Positions 1 to 8,213 of a DNA stretch of 32,000 bases are shown here, one piece after another. Within the stretch, counting starts at the first letter, position 1, and each line of letters begins with the position of its first letter. The notes under the pieces are model-generated. The model was not told the origin of the DNA. It made no database searches and was given only the letters and a program-made list of their open reading frames with translations. The stretch is from assembly GCA_964354495.1 (NCBI GenBank), contig CAYHAA010000004.1, forward strand, positions 120,001 to 152,000. Direction: 5' to 3'. This stretch comes from an uncultured archaeon. Lineage in GTDB: Archaea > Asgardarchaeota > Thorarchaeia > Thorarchaeales > Thorarchaeaceae. The translations under genes and the position numbers were made by a program.

Positions 1-1
1 T

Positions 2-853
2 CCGACTGGAACACAGAAGGACAGGATTGCTCTTGCGATTGTCGAGAATGCACGATCACAGGGAGCTAAGGCGGTGTGCGCTGCTTCATGCGGCAACTTC
101 GGCGCAGCATTGGCATGGGCTGCACGGATTGTCGACATTCCTGCACACATCTACATACCCGAAGGTTACCACTTGCCTAAGGATCGCTTGAAGCGAATTC
201 AAGATGCGAGAGCAGAGCTGCACTTTCTGCCGGGCCAGTATGAGGACCTCGTTGAATTATCATCCAAAGACGCCTTGGAAAAAGGATGGTACAATGCTAA
301 TCCTGGAACACCTGGAGTGAAGGAGATATCTCTCGAAGCATATGAGGAGATTGCCTTTGAGATCTATCGTGACATTCGAAGAGCTCCGAACTATTTGTTC
401 TGCCCTGTCGGAAATGGCACGACTTTTGCGGGAATATATCTAGGATTCAAGAAGCTGTATGATACGGGAAAGATCCAAGCAGTGCCGAGAATGGTGGCGA
501 CTAGCACACGACGCGGCAATCCAATCGTAAAGTCATTCAAGATGAACAGCAGGGTCATCGCGGATCTCAGTCGTGAAGAAGTAAAAGAAACTGACATCAA
601 TGAGCCGCTCACCAACTGGCATTCCTATGACGGACAGGAAGCCTTGGATGCAATTTACGAGTCGAATGGATTTGCCGATTACGCGTCAGAGTCCAAGATG
701 ATGGAGTTCAGCAAATGGTTGAGACTAGAGGAAGGCCTACATGTCTTGCCCGCATCTGCAAGCACGCTTGCTGTGATGTCTGACCTTGCAGACGACAAGG
801 TGGTAATTAAGGGATCCTTCGCTGCTATTCTCACTGGCAGGGACTTTGAGTAG
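2..853 (+). CDS. Threonine-synthase-like PLP-dependent enzyme (fold type II), 5'-truncated by the window edge
   Basis: The frame is open from nt 2 and reads PTGTQKDR (PLP-lysine motif, cf. NPTGSFKDR), SCGNFG, PVGNGT and PASAS. It ends with TAG at 851-853. Confidence 0.85.
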   Translation, partial: PTGTQKDRIALAIVENARSQGAKAVCAASCGNFGAALAWAARIVDIPAHIYIPEGYHLPKDRLKRIQDARAELHFLPGQYEDLVELSSKDALEKGWYNANPGTPGVKEISLEAYEEIAFEIYRDIRRAPNYLFCPVGNGTTFAGIYLGFKKLYDTGKIQAVPRMVATSTRRGNPIVKSFKMNSRVIADLSREEVKETDINEPLTNWHSYDGQEALDAIYESNGFADYASESKMMEFSKWLRLEEGLHVLPASASTLAVMSDLADDKVVIKGSFAAILTGRDFE

Positions 854-883
854 GAAAGAGTCTTCAGAAGCATAGTTGATACT

Positions 884-1408
884 CTAGAGAAATAGCTGCA
901 TGGTGATGTTGCCTGTTTCTTCGTCTGAGTCAACAACTCTGAATCCAATATGCTCATAGAAAGAACTGAGATGGAATCCAACCTCATTCTCAAACTCAGT
1001 ATCAAGCTGTATAATTCTATAACCCATCTTCTTGGCCCAACGAATGAGCGCTGTCATAATGATTCGTCCAATTCCTCTCCCTCTCTGCTTGACTGCAATC
1101 GTATCTAGATAGAAGATTTCAGTCAATACTCCATGAAGCGTGTAGCCCAATACCTGTCCACTGGGAACTCCATCCACAGTGATGAACATCATGAGGACAT
1201 CTTCTTCTGCCAGCCGCTCCATAATCTCCTCTTCACTGTAGGTAAGGGAGGGCCTGAATGAGCTCTGCTCTATCTCCCGATACCAAGTCAGGTACTGCTC
1301 AGACCAGGTTTCAGGAAAGACAAGCTTGACTGTAGGACCGAGTATAGGTACAAGTTCTCTCCTCATCTGCCGCCAGATTGGATCTCTTCTTGCTCTGTTC
1401 AACATCAT
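884..1408 (-). CDS. GNAT family N-acetyltransferase
   Basis: 174 aa ORF with YLDTIAV followed by the acetyl-CoA motif QRGRGIG, and a C-terminal FYEHIGF. Confidence 0.85.
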   Translation of the reverse strand: MMLNRARRDPIWRQMRRELVPILGPTVKLVFPETWSEQYLTWYREIEQSSFRPSLTYSEEEIMERLAEEDVLMMFITVDGVPSGQVLGYTLHGVLTEIFYLDTIAVKQRGRGIGRIIMTALIRWAKKMGYRIIQLDTEFENEVGFHLSSFYEHIGFRVVDSDEETGNITMQLFL

Positions 1409-1452
1409 CGCCAGTCCAGTGGGAATTCAGCATGAGAGAAGCCAGAGGACAA

Positions 1453-2457
1453 TTATCCCTTGAGGCCATATCTGCGCATCGCGGACTCTAGCAACCTGCG
1501 TACGAGCTCGTCGTACGAGTATCCAGCCTTCATCGCCATGAGCGGGAAGAACGAGATGTCTTGATTCTCAAGATCAAAGTCCATTCCAGGAAGTGGATTG
1601 ATTTCAAGGAAGAAGATTCTCCCTTTCCTATCCATTCTGTAATCGATTCGGGCAAAGTCAGGTACATCAAGGTTCTTGCAGACGTCGAGCGTGATTGCTT
1701 TGAGTCGGCTCCTTGTCTTTGCATCCAGCTTTGCAGGACAGACATAATGACTCAAATCATCCAGTATTGTCTTGGCTCTCTGCCCTAGAACGCCACCCAC
1801 CTCCGGAGGCATGCTGCTGAAATCAATTTCAACAATGGGCAGAACCTCAGGAGGGCCTTTGGGAGTGCCAAGAATACCCACACTGAACTCGCGTCCTTCA
1901 ATGAACTGCTCAATGAGTATCTCCTGTGCATATTCAATCAACATGGCCTTTAACTTGGCCTTGAGCTGTTTCAGATTGTGTACAATATTGTCCTCATTAA
2001 TTCCGACAGACGATCCCTCTTCGTTGGGCTTCAGAATCACTGGATACTTGAACTCGATAGAATTCGTTTCGTTCAAGCTTGACACAATATGGAACTGAGG
2101 TGTCAGGATGCCATGATACAACAATACTTTCTTTGTCCAGCCCTTGTTCAGGCATACGGCAGTCGTAAGGACGTTTGCTCCCACGTAGGGTATCCCGAGC
2201 ATCTCCAGTACGGCGGGGACATGCGACTCTCTGCTCTCTCCACGCACTCCTTCGGACCTGTTGAGAACGAGGTCAGGACGTTCTCGCTTCAGATTCTCAA
2301 GAATGCCTTCGTTGCCCTCAATGAAGAGATACTCGTGACCTGCATCTTCAATGCCATGTTTAATCATCTCAATAGTATGAGGAGGGTCGTATTCGACCTC
2401 AAACTCAGACTCATCCTTTCTTGTGTTAACTATCAATGCAACGCGCATATCTCGCAC
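1453..2457 (-). CDS. D-Ala-D-Ala ligase-like ATP-grasp ligase (non-canonical subfamily)
   Basis: Motifs LEMLGIPYVG, LNKGWTK, KPNEEGSSVGI, EQFIEGREFSVG, ARIDYR and FLEINPLPG. It lacks the Ddl N-terminal GGxSxE motif. Start is GTG 2457 or ATG 2448. Confidence 0.85.
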   Translation of the reverse strand: MRDMRVALIVNTRKDESEFEVEYDPPHTIEMIKHGIEDAGHEYLFIEGNEGILENLKRERPDLVLNRSEGVRGESRESHVPAVLEMLGIPYVGANVLTTAVCLNKGWTKKVLLYHGILTPQFHIVSSLNETNSIEFKYPVILKPNEEGSSVGINEDNIVHNLKQLKAKLKAMLIEYAQEILIEQFIEGREFSVGILGTPKGPPEVLPIVEIDFSSMPPEVGGVLGQRAKTILDDLSHYVCPAKLDAKTRSRLKAITLDVCKNLDVPDFARIDYRMDRKGRIFFLEINPLPGMDFDLENQDISFFPLMAMKAGYSYDELVRRLLESAMRRYGLKG

Positions 2458-2478
2458 ATCCTAATGTTTCCATGTCCT

Positions 2479-2488
2479 GCTTATATGC
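2479..2488 (-). promoter_or_regulatory. Putative TATA box for the ATP-grasp gene
   Basis: Minus strand GCATATAAGC lies about 24 nt upstream of the GTG at 2457, which is leaderless archaeal spacing. Confidence 0.45.
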
Positions 2489-2513
2489 TTGATACTGGGT
2501 TGAATATGATGAC

Positions 2514-3890
2514 CTAGATTTCAAACGAAGAAATCTCTTCGCGAAGGATGGACATCACTTGGTCCTTCAGTTCGGCGGGTATAGTTATTGGATCGTAGAG
2601 AGTGATGAATCTCTTGAACAGCTCATCTTCCCTCTCACAAGCCTCACTGTACAGGGCGGATTTCTTAAAATCATCGACAAGTTTCCCCTTGACGCCCTTC
2701 TTTACAGCGCAATAGAAAGCAAAGATTTGTTCGTCCCTAGCAGTGACCGTATTTGCATACGGAAGAGCAGACTTGCCATCAAACACCGTAAAGTATCGTT
2801 TCTTATCCCGATCAAACATGTTCTCACGGAAGCCGATTGCCTTTGGATCAATACCACTGCCAGCACATAGAAGATACATCTTACTACAAATCGTGCAATC
2901 TTGGCACCAGTGATAGTCAACACCAGCTTCAGTTTCAGTAAAGCAACTCATCTGGTACTTAGCATACTTCGGATATCTATGTACAAGGGTTCTCTGGACC
3001 ATCATATCCATTATAGGCTCGATGAGGCTTCCAGTCTTCACCGTCCGGCCTGAGAATGCCTTTGTGATTTGATCCAAATGGATTGTCCAATTATGGGTTT
3101 GGTCATAGCACGGATAGATGAACCATCCATCCTTTTCGTTCACAAACGTTTCGCCAGTAGTCTGTTCATTCCCAAACAGGATGTACTTGCCCTGCAATGC
3201 ATAGGCAAGAGGGATGAGATCGATGGCATATTCGGTCGATTGGAGCCCCCACCCAAGATCTGAAAAAGGCAGACCAAGGTAGGCGTAGTGCCTAAGCTTT
3301 CCCGTATCATGCCTGAGGACATGAATCGAATCTCCAAACTCCTTCTTGAACTTCTTCGCCAGTTCTCTCTTGTGTTTCTCCTCATAGAGCATGCTGTCTT
3401 CCACGAAGTAGCCCCCCTCAGGATCTAGGCCAATTTCATCTGCAATGGCGTACGCGAGGAGGCTGTCCTTGCCAAAGCTGAGCCCGACAATTGCACGATA
3501 TGCATCTTCAATAGGATCAGGGGATGGCACAGTAATCTCAGGATCTGTGAACACATACCGAGTCCCAAAGAACTTGCGTACCATCTCTGCAGTATCAGTA
3601 CCATCTACCTCGGCACATGATGGAATATCCCTTATGAAATTATCAACGAAGTACGGCTCCAGTAATGGTCGACCAGAGTGGTAGGTGATTTGCGGATCAT
3701 TGAAGATGAGTGGGAGATGCATTGTAGTCGCCAATGCAAGATTATCTTTCAGAGCCTCGCGCGTGTCCTTGGGCACCCTTTCCCAATACCCCGCGGGATA
3801 CGAGACCGGATAGGATTTCTCATTGAAGTGTACAGAGAATCCATTCTTTGTTGTCTTAGATCGTACCTCAAGCATTTCAAGCACCACCAA
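2514..3890 (-). CDS. PP-loop ATPase resembling the MurL peptide L-to-D-Glu epimerase family
   Basis: PP-loop GLSFGKDS, then FGNEQTT, SLIEP, and SCF...WCQDCTICSK. Order and spacing resemble MurL-type GGGKDS / NExSA / SLLRP / SCN...WCGxCxKC as I recall them. Start is TTG 3890 or ATG 3875 (preceded by GGTGGTG). Confidence 0.65.
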   Translation of the reverse strand: MVVLEMLEVRSKTTKNGFSVHFNEKSYPVSYPAGYWERVPKDTREALKDNLALATTMHLPLIFNDPQITYHSGRPLLEPYFVDNFIRDIPSCAEVDGTDTAEMVRKFFGTRYVFTDPEITVPSPDPIEDAYRAIVGLSFGKDSLLAYAIADEIGLDPEGGYFVEDSMLYEEKHKRELAKKFKKEFGDSIHVLRHDTGKLRHYAYLGLPFSDLGWGLQSTEYAIDLIPLAYALQGKYILFGNEQTTGETFVNEKDGWFIYPCYDQTHNWTIHLDQITKAFSGRTVKTGSLIEPIMDMMVQRTLVHRYPKYAKYQMSCFTETEAGVDYHWCQDCTICSKMYLLCAGSGIDPKAIGFRENMFDRDKKRYFTVFDGKSALPYANTVTARDEQIFAFYCAVKKGVKGKLVDDFKKSALYSEACEREDELFKRFITLYDPITIPAELKDQVMSILREEISSFEI

Positions 3891-3987
3891 TCATGCGCGT
3901 GCATTCATGGATAACTCTTATCGTTCAACTTATTATATTTCTCTGAATCGCGCGCACTTTTCGAGGTATTCACAAGTTTCCAATGGG

Positions 3988-4593
3988 TCAATCAGGTTTC
4001 TGGAGCTTCACGAAGAACGTGTGCTTGTCAACCTTCTTCGCAGTGACCTTGAATCCGACCTTCTTCGCAGGTCTAATAATTGCTTCAGTGTTTTGACCTC
4101 GCAAGACTCCACCATAGCCGGTTTCTATTACGGAGTCATTAGGAAGGTGTATCTTCAGGGGAATTACTGCGAGCTTTTTCGATTGCTCTTCTGGAGGTAT
4201 AGTGAAGATTGGCTCCCATACCATGAGTTCGGCTCCAGGCTTTAGGACTCGCCATATCTCAGATAGCACACGCTCGAAGTCTGCTTCGGGAATGTACATG
4301 AATGTGAAGAACGCAGTAGCGTAGGAAAAGGTTTCATCCAGAAATTGTAGTTCACTTGCATCCATAACTATCTTGAGTGAGCTGTTCTTCATCTCTTCGA
4401 GCTCTCGCTTGACACGATCAATGGCAATCACATCACGGCCCTTCAGAAGCCCAATGATACCCTCTCCTCCGCCGCCTATGTCGAGAATCCATTCGCCTCT
4501 GTTATCGAAGTCTTCGACATGAATCTCCTGTTTTGGAATGACATAGAATCTGCTCAGGTCAATATCGCCGGGGTGGTCGTCTTTTTCGTCCAT
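3988..4593 (-). CDS. Class I SAM-dependent methyltransferase
   Basis: Motif I ILDIGGGGEG, IAIDR, MDASELQFLDETF and RVLKPGA. I prefer the ATG at 4593 (MDEKDD) over the ORF-track start at 4635. Confidence 0.85.
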   Translation of the reverse strand: MDEKDDHPGDIDLSRFYVIPKQEIHVEDFDNRGEWILDIGGGGEGIIGLLKGRDVIAIDRVKRELEEMKNSSLKIVMDASELQFLDETFSYATAFFTFMYIPEADFERVLSEIWRVLKPGAELMVWEPIFTIPPEEQSKKLAVIPLKIHLPNDSVIETGYGGVLRGQNTEAIIRPAKKVGFKVTAKKVDKHTFFVKLQKPD

Positions 4594-4640
4594 GTTCCAT
4601 TCGCCGGAGCAGATTGGAATTAAACCCATTGACAAGCACT

Positions 4641-4676
4641 GACAAAAAGAGTGGGAAGAGGGGAGACTCCCCTCTT
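4641..4676 (-). terminator. Hairpin plus pyrimidine tail after the 4685 gene (divergent copy of the dispersed element)
   Basis: Perfect inverted repeat AAGAGGGGAG (4656-4665) / CTCCCCTCTT (4667-4676), followed on the minus strand by CCCACTCTTTTTGTC. Confidence 0.55.
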
Positions 4677-4684
4677 AGGTTGAT

Positions 4685-5443
4685 CTATGTAAGGATGGCA
4701 CTGATACTGCCAAGATTGGTCACAGCAACTATCGTCAATGTCTGTGCGGCAGTATCGTAGTCGGTTGTTTCGTAATGGTCGGAGCCTGTTTCTGTCCAGC
4801 CGGCAGCAGTGATACTAACACTCCCGAGAGATGTGGTACAATCAATACTGCCACCAATGCCTGATGGGAGATCTGCGATGATTGAGATGCTACCAGTAGT
4901 GGTCTGCAAATCAAAGGTTGGGCTACCCAAGAGCACTGTGTCATCAGCCATTACAGTGTTGATGCTGCCCGTGGTCACTGAAACTGTCATATCTCCAATA
5001 TGGGCGCCAGCACTGAACACAACGTTGACACTACCACTCTGGGTAAGAATGTTGATTGTGTAGTTTACACCACTGCCCAGTGTGATATTGATGCCCATAG
5101 AAGGATACTCAACGCCAATTGTGTTGCCTGCGAAGCTGACAGTTGGAGCACCCTCAGTAGTGAGGGTGGAGTTTTGAATTTCCATTTGGATTTCGTACAG
5201 CAATGACTCGTTGTCGACGAAGACTATGGAAATACTGCCTGCTGCTACGTTGACATCGAGAGCTACAGTTTCATTAGTGGCGCCTACTTCCGCCCCGAAG
5301 GAGAAGTCTGTAGTCGCCGGGTTGAAGTTCCAGTTGAAGTAGCTAGTTCCATAGTAGGCCAAAAAACCTACAGTAACAGCACCAATCACTAGAACTGCAA
5401 GAATACATCCGACCATACTCGGATTTCTTTGATAATTACTCAT
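4685..5443 (-). CDS. Membrane-anchored protein with DUF4097/adhesin-like beta-solenoid repeats
   Basis: N-terminal TM helix (GCILAVLVIGAVTVGFLAYY) and repeated T/SGSI/V units (AGSISI, SGSVNV, TGSINT, TGSISI, LGSVSI, LGSISA). The ATG at 5443 overlaps the stop of the upstream regulator (ATGAGTAA), so the 5587 start in the track is unlikely. Confidence 0.7.
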   Translation of the reverse strand: MSNYQRNPSMVGCILAVLVIGAVTVGFLAYYGTSYFNWNFNPATTDFSFGAEVGATNETVALDVNVAAGSISIVFVDNESLLYEIQMEIQNSTLTTEGAPTVSFAGNTIGVEYPSMGINITLGSGVNYTINILTQSGSVNVVFSAGAHIGDMTVSVTTGSINTVMADDTVLLGSPTFDLQTTTGSISIIADLPSGIGGSIDCTTSLGSVSITAAGWTETGSDHYETTDYDTAAQTLTIVAVTNLGSISAILT

Positions 5444-6068
5444 TTCTAACACCTGTTCTGTGAAACCGCAGAAAACTATGCCATTTATCCCGCAGTTCTC
5501 TGTATTGCGAATCTTCTTCCAAAGCAAAGCGGCGCATGATTCGCGAAGCGTCGCCTCTATCCGAGGATGAAAGCTCATCATGCTCATCCTCGTTCACGAT
5601 AAGGTTACTAGAGCTGATCTCGTTCTCCCTATCGATCAGTGCCGTCAACAAGTCCACAGCCTCGCCAATCTGACGCTCTGGAATGTCTATACCATAGACT
5701 GAGAGGCTTGTTATCATGGACCTCAGGCGCTTTGTTGCATCATCCCCGGTGGCCTGCACCATCTCGCTGATGCCCATGCGATATTCTCGTGCAGAAGCCC
5801 GATAATATCTCTGGACAATGCCAGTCTGTGTCTGCTCGGTTCGTTCCTCAAAGACAAGACCTACTTCTTTCAATTTCTGAATGTGATGCAGTATTGTACC
5901 AGGATTTTTGCGTGTCACGTCTGCGAGCTGTTTCACAGTCATCGCATCTTTGACAAGATAGTCAAAGATTATCTTCGCTCTAGTCGGCTCCATCAGAAGC
6001 TGAATCAGCTTCTTGTCTTCGATGACCTCCATATCCTTGACTCTATGCTTATTCTTGGAGCCCACCAT
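5436..6068 (-). CDS. ArsR/HTH_20-type winged-helix transcription regulator
   Basis: LMEPTRAKII...MTVKQLA...PGTILHHIQKLKEVGLV...RYYRA. Starts 3 nt after the upstream stop. Confidence 0.85.
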   Translation of the reverse strand: MVGSKNKHRVKDMEVIEDKKLIQLLMEPTRAKIIFDYLVKDAMTVKQLADVTRKNPGTILHHIQKLKEVGLVFEERTEQTQTGIVQRYYRASAREYRMGISEMVQATGDDATKRLRSMITSLSVYGIDIPERQIGEAVDLLTALIDRENEISSSNLIVNEDEHDELSSSDRGDASRIMRRFALEEDSQYRELRDKWHSFLRFHRTGVRNE

Positions 6069-6071
6069 ATT

Positions 6072-7016
6072 CTATAAACCCCCTATGAAGCTAGGACCAG
6101 TCCCATCTTCCTGGGGAGTGGTTTCGTAATCATCGTCAGCAGTCAAAATCATGTAGACCCTCGTGAGTCCAATCGTTAGAGCTGGCAAGTATACAAAGAT
6201 TAGAATCAGAATGGCCGGAATAGCAAGGACCGAAAGTAGAACTATCCATGGCCAAGGTGCACCAAGAATCCATGGAAACCCAGTGAGTGGCAAGAGGCAT
6301 GCACCTAGGATGACCACGAAGGCTATCCAGACCCCGAAGACTCTGTCAAAGTACTGGATACTCATCTTTATTGATTCTCTAGTAGCGTCAAGCACGGAGT
6401 GCCCATCTATTATAGCTGGAAACAACATCGAGAGAAGGCCCGTACTAACTACAACCCAGATTGTCAGCAGTACTCCAATGACTGGATACATGTAACTGAC
6501 TGGACTGACACCAATAATCATGAAGCTAAAGAACTCGACTCCGAAGATGACACTCCCCGCTAAGAGGATGAGTATCAGCGGACCGACAACGATCAGGAAA
6601 AGCAGTATGCCACCCCCGGCAAGCGAGAAAAATTTCTTCTTGTACCAAGTGAATACACCCTCAACACTTGTCCCTTCACTCTCTACGATTTCACGGCCCA
6701 TACCGAACATCGCACCAATGGCGACGAAGAAAGGAGCCAGAAGAGGAAGCGCTATCAGGAGACCTCCGACAGCGATGTTGGTGAATCCTGCCTCAGTCAT
6801 GGTACCGAATGACTCGAACAATGCAATGAATGCCTCCAAACCACCACTCACGAAGAAAAGCGGAATGAAGATCATCGCCGCGACGAAAACCAGCAGAATG
6901 GCTGAGATGATGATTACACCGAGCAGCGCGAGGACGTAAGAGATGAGATTCCGTAGTGCAAACTTGAAGCTGACCCTCAAGTCTTCAACAATTGTATGAA
7001 AGCTCGCGTTTTTCAT
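6072..7016 (-). CDS. Multi-pass membrane protein, paralog of 7093-8016
   Basis: About 6 hydrophobic segments. Shares SYxLAxLG, GM..EIV..GT..E..F...KF, FPA..G and ES....YFDRxFG with its neighbour. Confidence 0.75.
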   Translation of the reverse strand: MKNASFHTIVEDLRVSFKFALRNLISYVLALLGVIIISAILLVFVAAMIFIPLFFVSGGLEAFIALFESFGTMTEAGFTNIAVGGLLIALPLLAPFFVAIGAMFGMGREIVESEGTSVEGVFTWYKKKFFSLAGGGILLFLIVVGPLILILLAGSVIFGVEFFSFMIIGVSPVSYMYPVIGVLLTIWVVVSTGLLSMLFPAIIDGHSVLDATRESIKMSIQYFDRVFGVWIAFVVILGACLLPLTGFPWILGAPWPWIVLLSVLAIPAILILIFVYLPALTIGLTRVYMILTADDDYETTPQEDGTGPSFIGGL

Positions 7017-7023
7017 TTTTCAC

Positions 7024-7095
7024 TCACACCTAAGAAGATAGGGAGAGAGTGTCTTGAAGTTACCCCCAAAGACACTCTCAAGTTCATCACACCTA
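7024..7095. repeat. 11-bp inverted repeat flanked by a 9-bp direct repeat
   Basis: IR GAGAGTGTCTT (7045-7055) / AAGACACTCTC (7069-7079) with a 13-nt loop. DR TCACACCTA at 7024-7032 and 7087-7095. Confidence 0.8.
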
Positions 7096-8016
7096 CACAA
7101 TGGGCATGTCGACTACACTCTGTGCTGCAATCGTGCCGCCAGTGAGTTCCTGATAGACCCGGACCCAGCCAATCCTCACCATGGGTAGGAAGAGGAGGAG
7201 CCAGAGGAAGACTGAAACAACTGTCCAGATTCCCACAGCTGCAAGAGCTGGAATGAAGGCCATCATCATAGGCGGGATCATAGGTGGCGCGAAGAGTGCT
7301 GGCGCGACGAACCCTAGGAGGACAACAGGACCGAAGGTAGCTGCAAGCAGGAGCACAATGGCGCTCATGAGTCCGAAGATACGATCGAAATATCCGGAAG
7401 CAAGAGAGAAGGACTCCTTGAATGCTGCCTGGACACCCTTACCGCTCACAACAGCTGGAAATACCATGGAAGTCAGACCACCAGTGATGAAGATCCACAC
7501 AAAGCCGAAGACAGCCAGTAGTGCGGCGACTGCCGTAGTGATGACGTGATCCAAGGCATAGGATGTAAGACCCCAGACAACAACTGGGGGCAGCAGAACA
7601 ATGATAGCGAGCATCGCACCTGTGCTCATGAAGGTAAGGAACTTGCGTCGGAGATAGGAGAAAGCTGCCTCAGCCCGGGTATCGCCCTTGGTCACAAGAT
7701 CATGGCTCATTCCGTAGATGGATCCAGTGACGACCATGAGCAGGGACACAATGAATATCCCCACCAGGACAACAGCAGAGCCCCAGACAAAGAAATTATC
7801 AAGCGCCCATTCTGCTAGAGCATCCACGCTAAACACATAGAAAGGTGCAAACGCCAAATATGCAATAGCAGCAACTGGAATTGCGATTAGTAGCCCAAGA
7901 ATAGCAACGACAATCAACATGCCCAAGTTCGCTAGGAAGTAGCTCAAAGCACCTCCCCAGGCTAGCTTGAGGCTCGTCTTCATGTCTTTGATGATTGTTT
8001 TGTATGTTGTAGACAT
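7093..8016 (-). CDS. Multi-pass membrane protein, paralog of 6072-7016
   Basis: Hydrophobic, with the same conserved blocks as its neighbour. ATG 8016 (MSTTYK) aligns with the paralog's N-terminus. The longer track start at 8151 runs through the promoter. Confidence 0.75.
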   Translation of the reverse strand: MSTTYKTIIKDMKTSLKLAWGGALSYFLANLGMLIVVAILGLLIAIPVAAIAYLAFAPFYVFSVDALAEWALDNFFVWGSAVVLVGIFIVSLLMVVTGSIYGMSHDLVTKGDTRAEAAFSYLRRKFLTFMSTGAMLAIIVLLPPVVVWGLTSYALDHVITTAVAALLAVFGFVWIFITGGLTSMVFPAVVSGKGVQAAFKESFSLASGYFDRIFGLMSAIVLLLAATFGPVVLLGFVAPALFAPPMIPPMMMAFIPALAAVGIWTVVSVFLWLLLFLPMVRIGWVRVYQELTGGTIAAQSVVDMPIV

Positions 8017-8038
8017 TGTATACACCGTTGAAAGGTTC

Positions 8039-8138
8039 ATCAAACGTTTCGGCTTGTTACGTACCAAACGTTTGACATGTATCAAACTTGGACGCAATTG
8101 CTTATAAAGTGTTTGATAAAAGCCAAACATCAAACGTT
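8039..8138 (-). promoter_or_regulatory. Promoter with TATA box and clustered CAAAC(GTTTG) operator-like sites
   Basis: Minus-strand TTTATAAG at 8101-8108. Perfect palindrome CAAACGTTTG at 8065-8074, near-copies CAAACGTTTC at 8041 and CAAACGTT at 8131, and half-sites at 8081 (ATCAAAC), 8111 (GTTTGAT) and 8124 (CAAAC). Confidence 0.65.
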
Positions 8139-8170
8139 CCGTTATAGCCAATCACAGTCATTGAATATGG

Positions 8171-8196
8171 AGCCATTTGAGGGAGGAGACATGGCT
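8171..8196 (-). terminator. Possible hairpin downstream of the Lrp-type regulator
   Basis: AGCCAT (8171-8176) / ATGGCT (8191-8196) stem with a 14-nt loop, about 20 nt after the stop. Confidence 0.3.
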
Positions 8197-8213
8197 AATT
8201 GTGCGGGTTCAGG

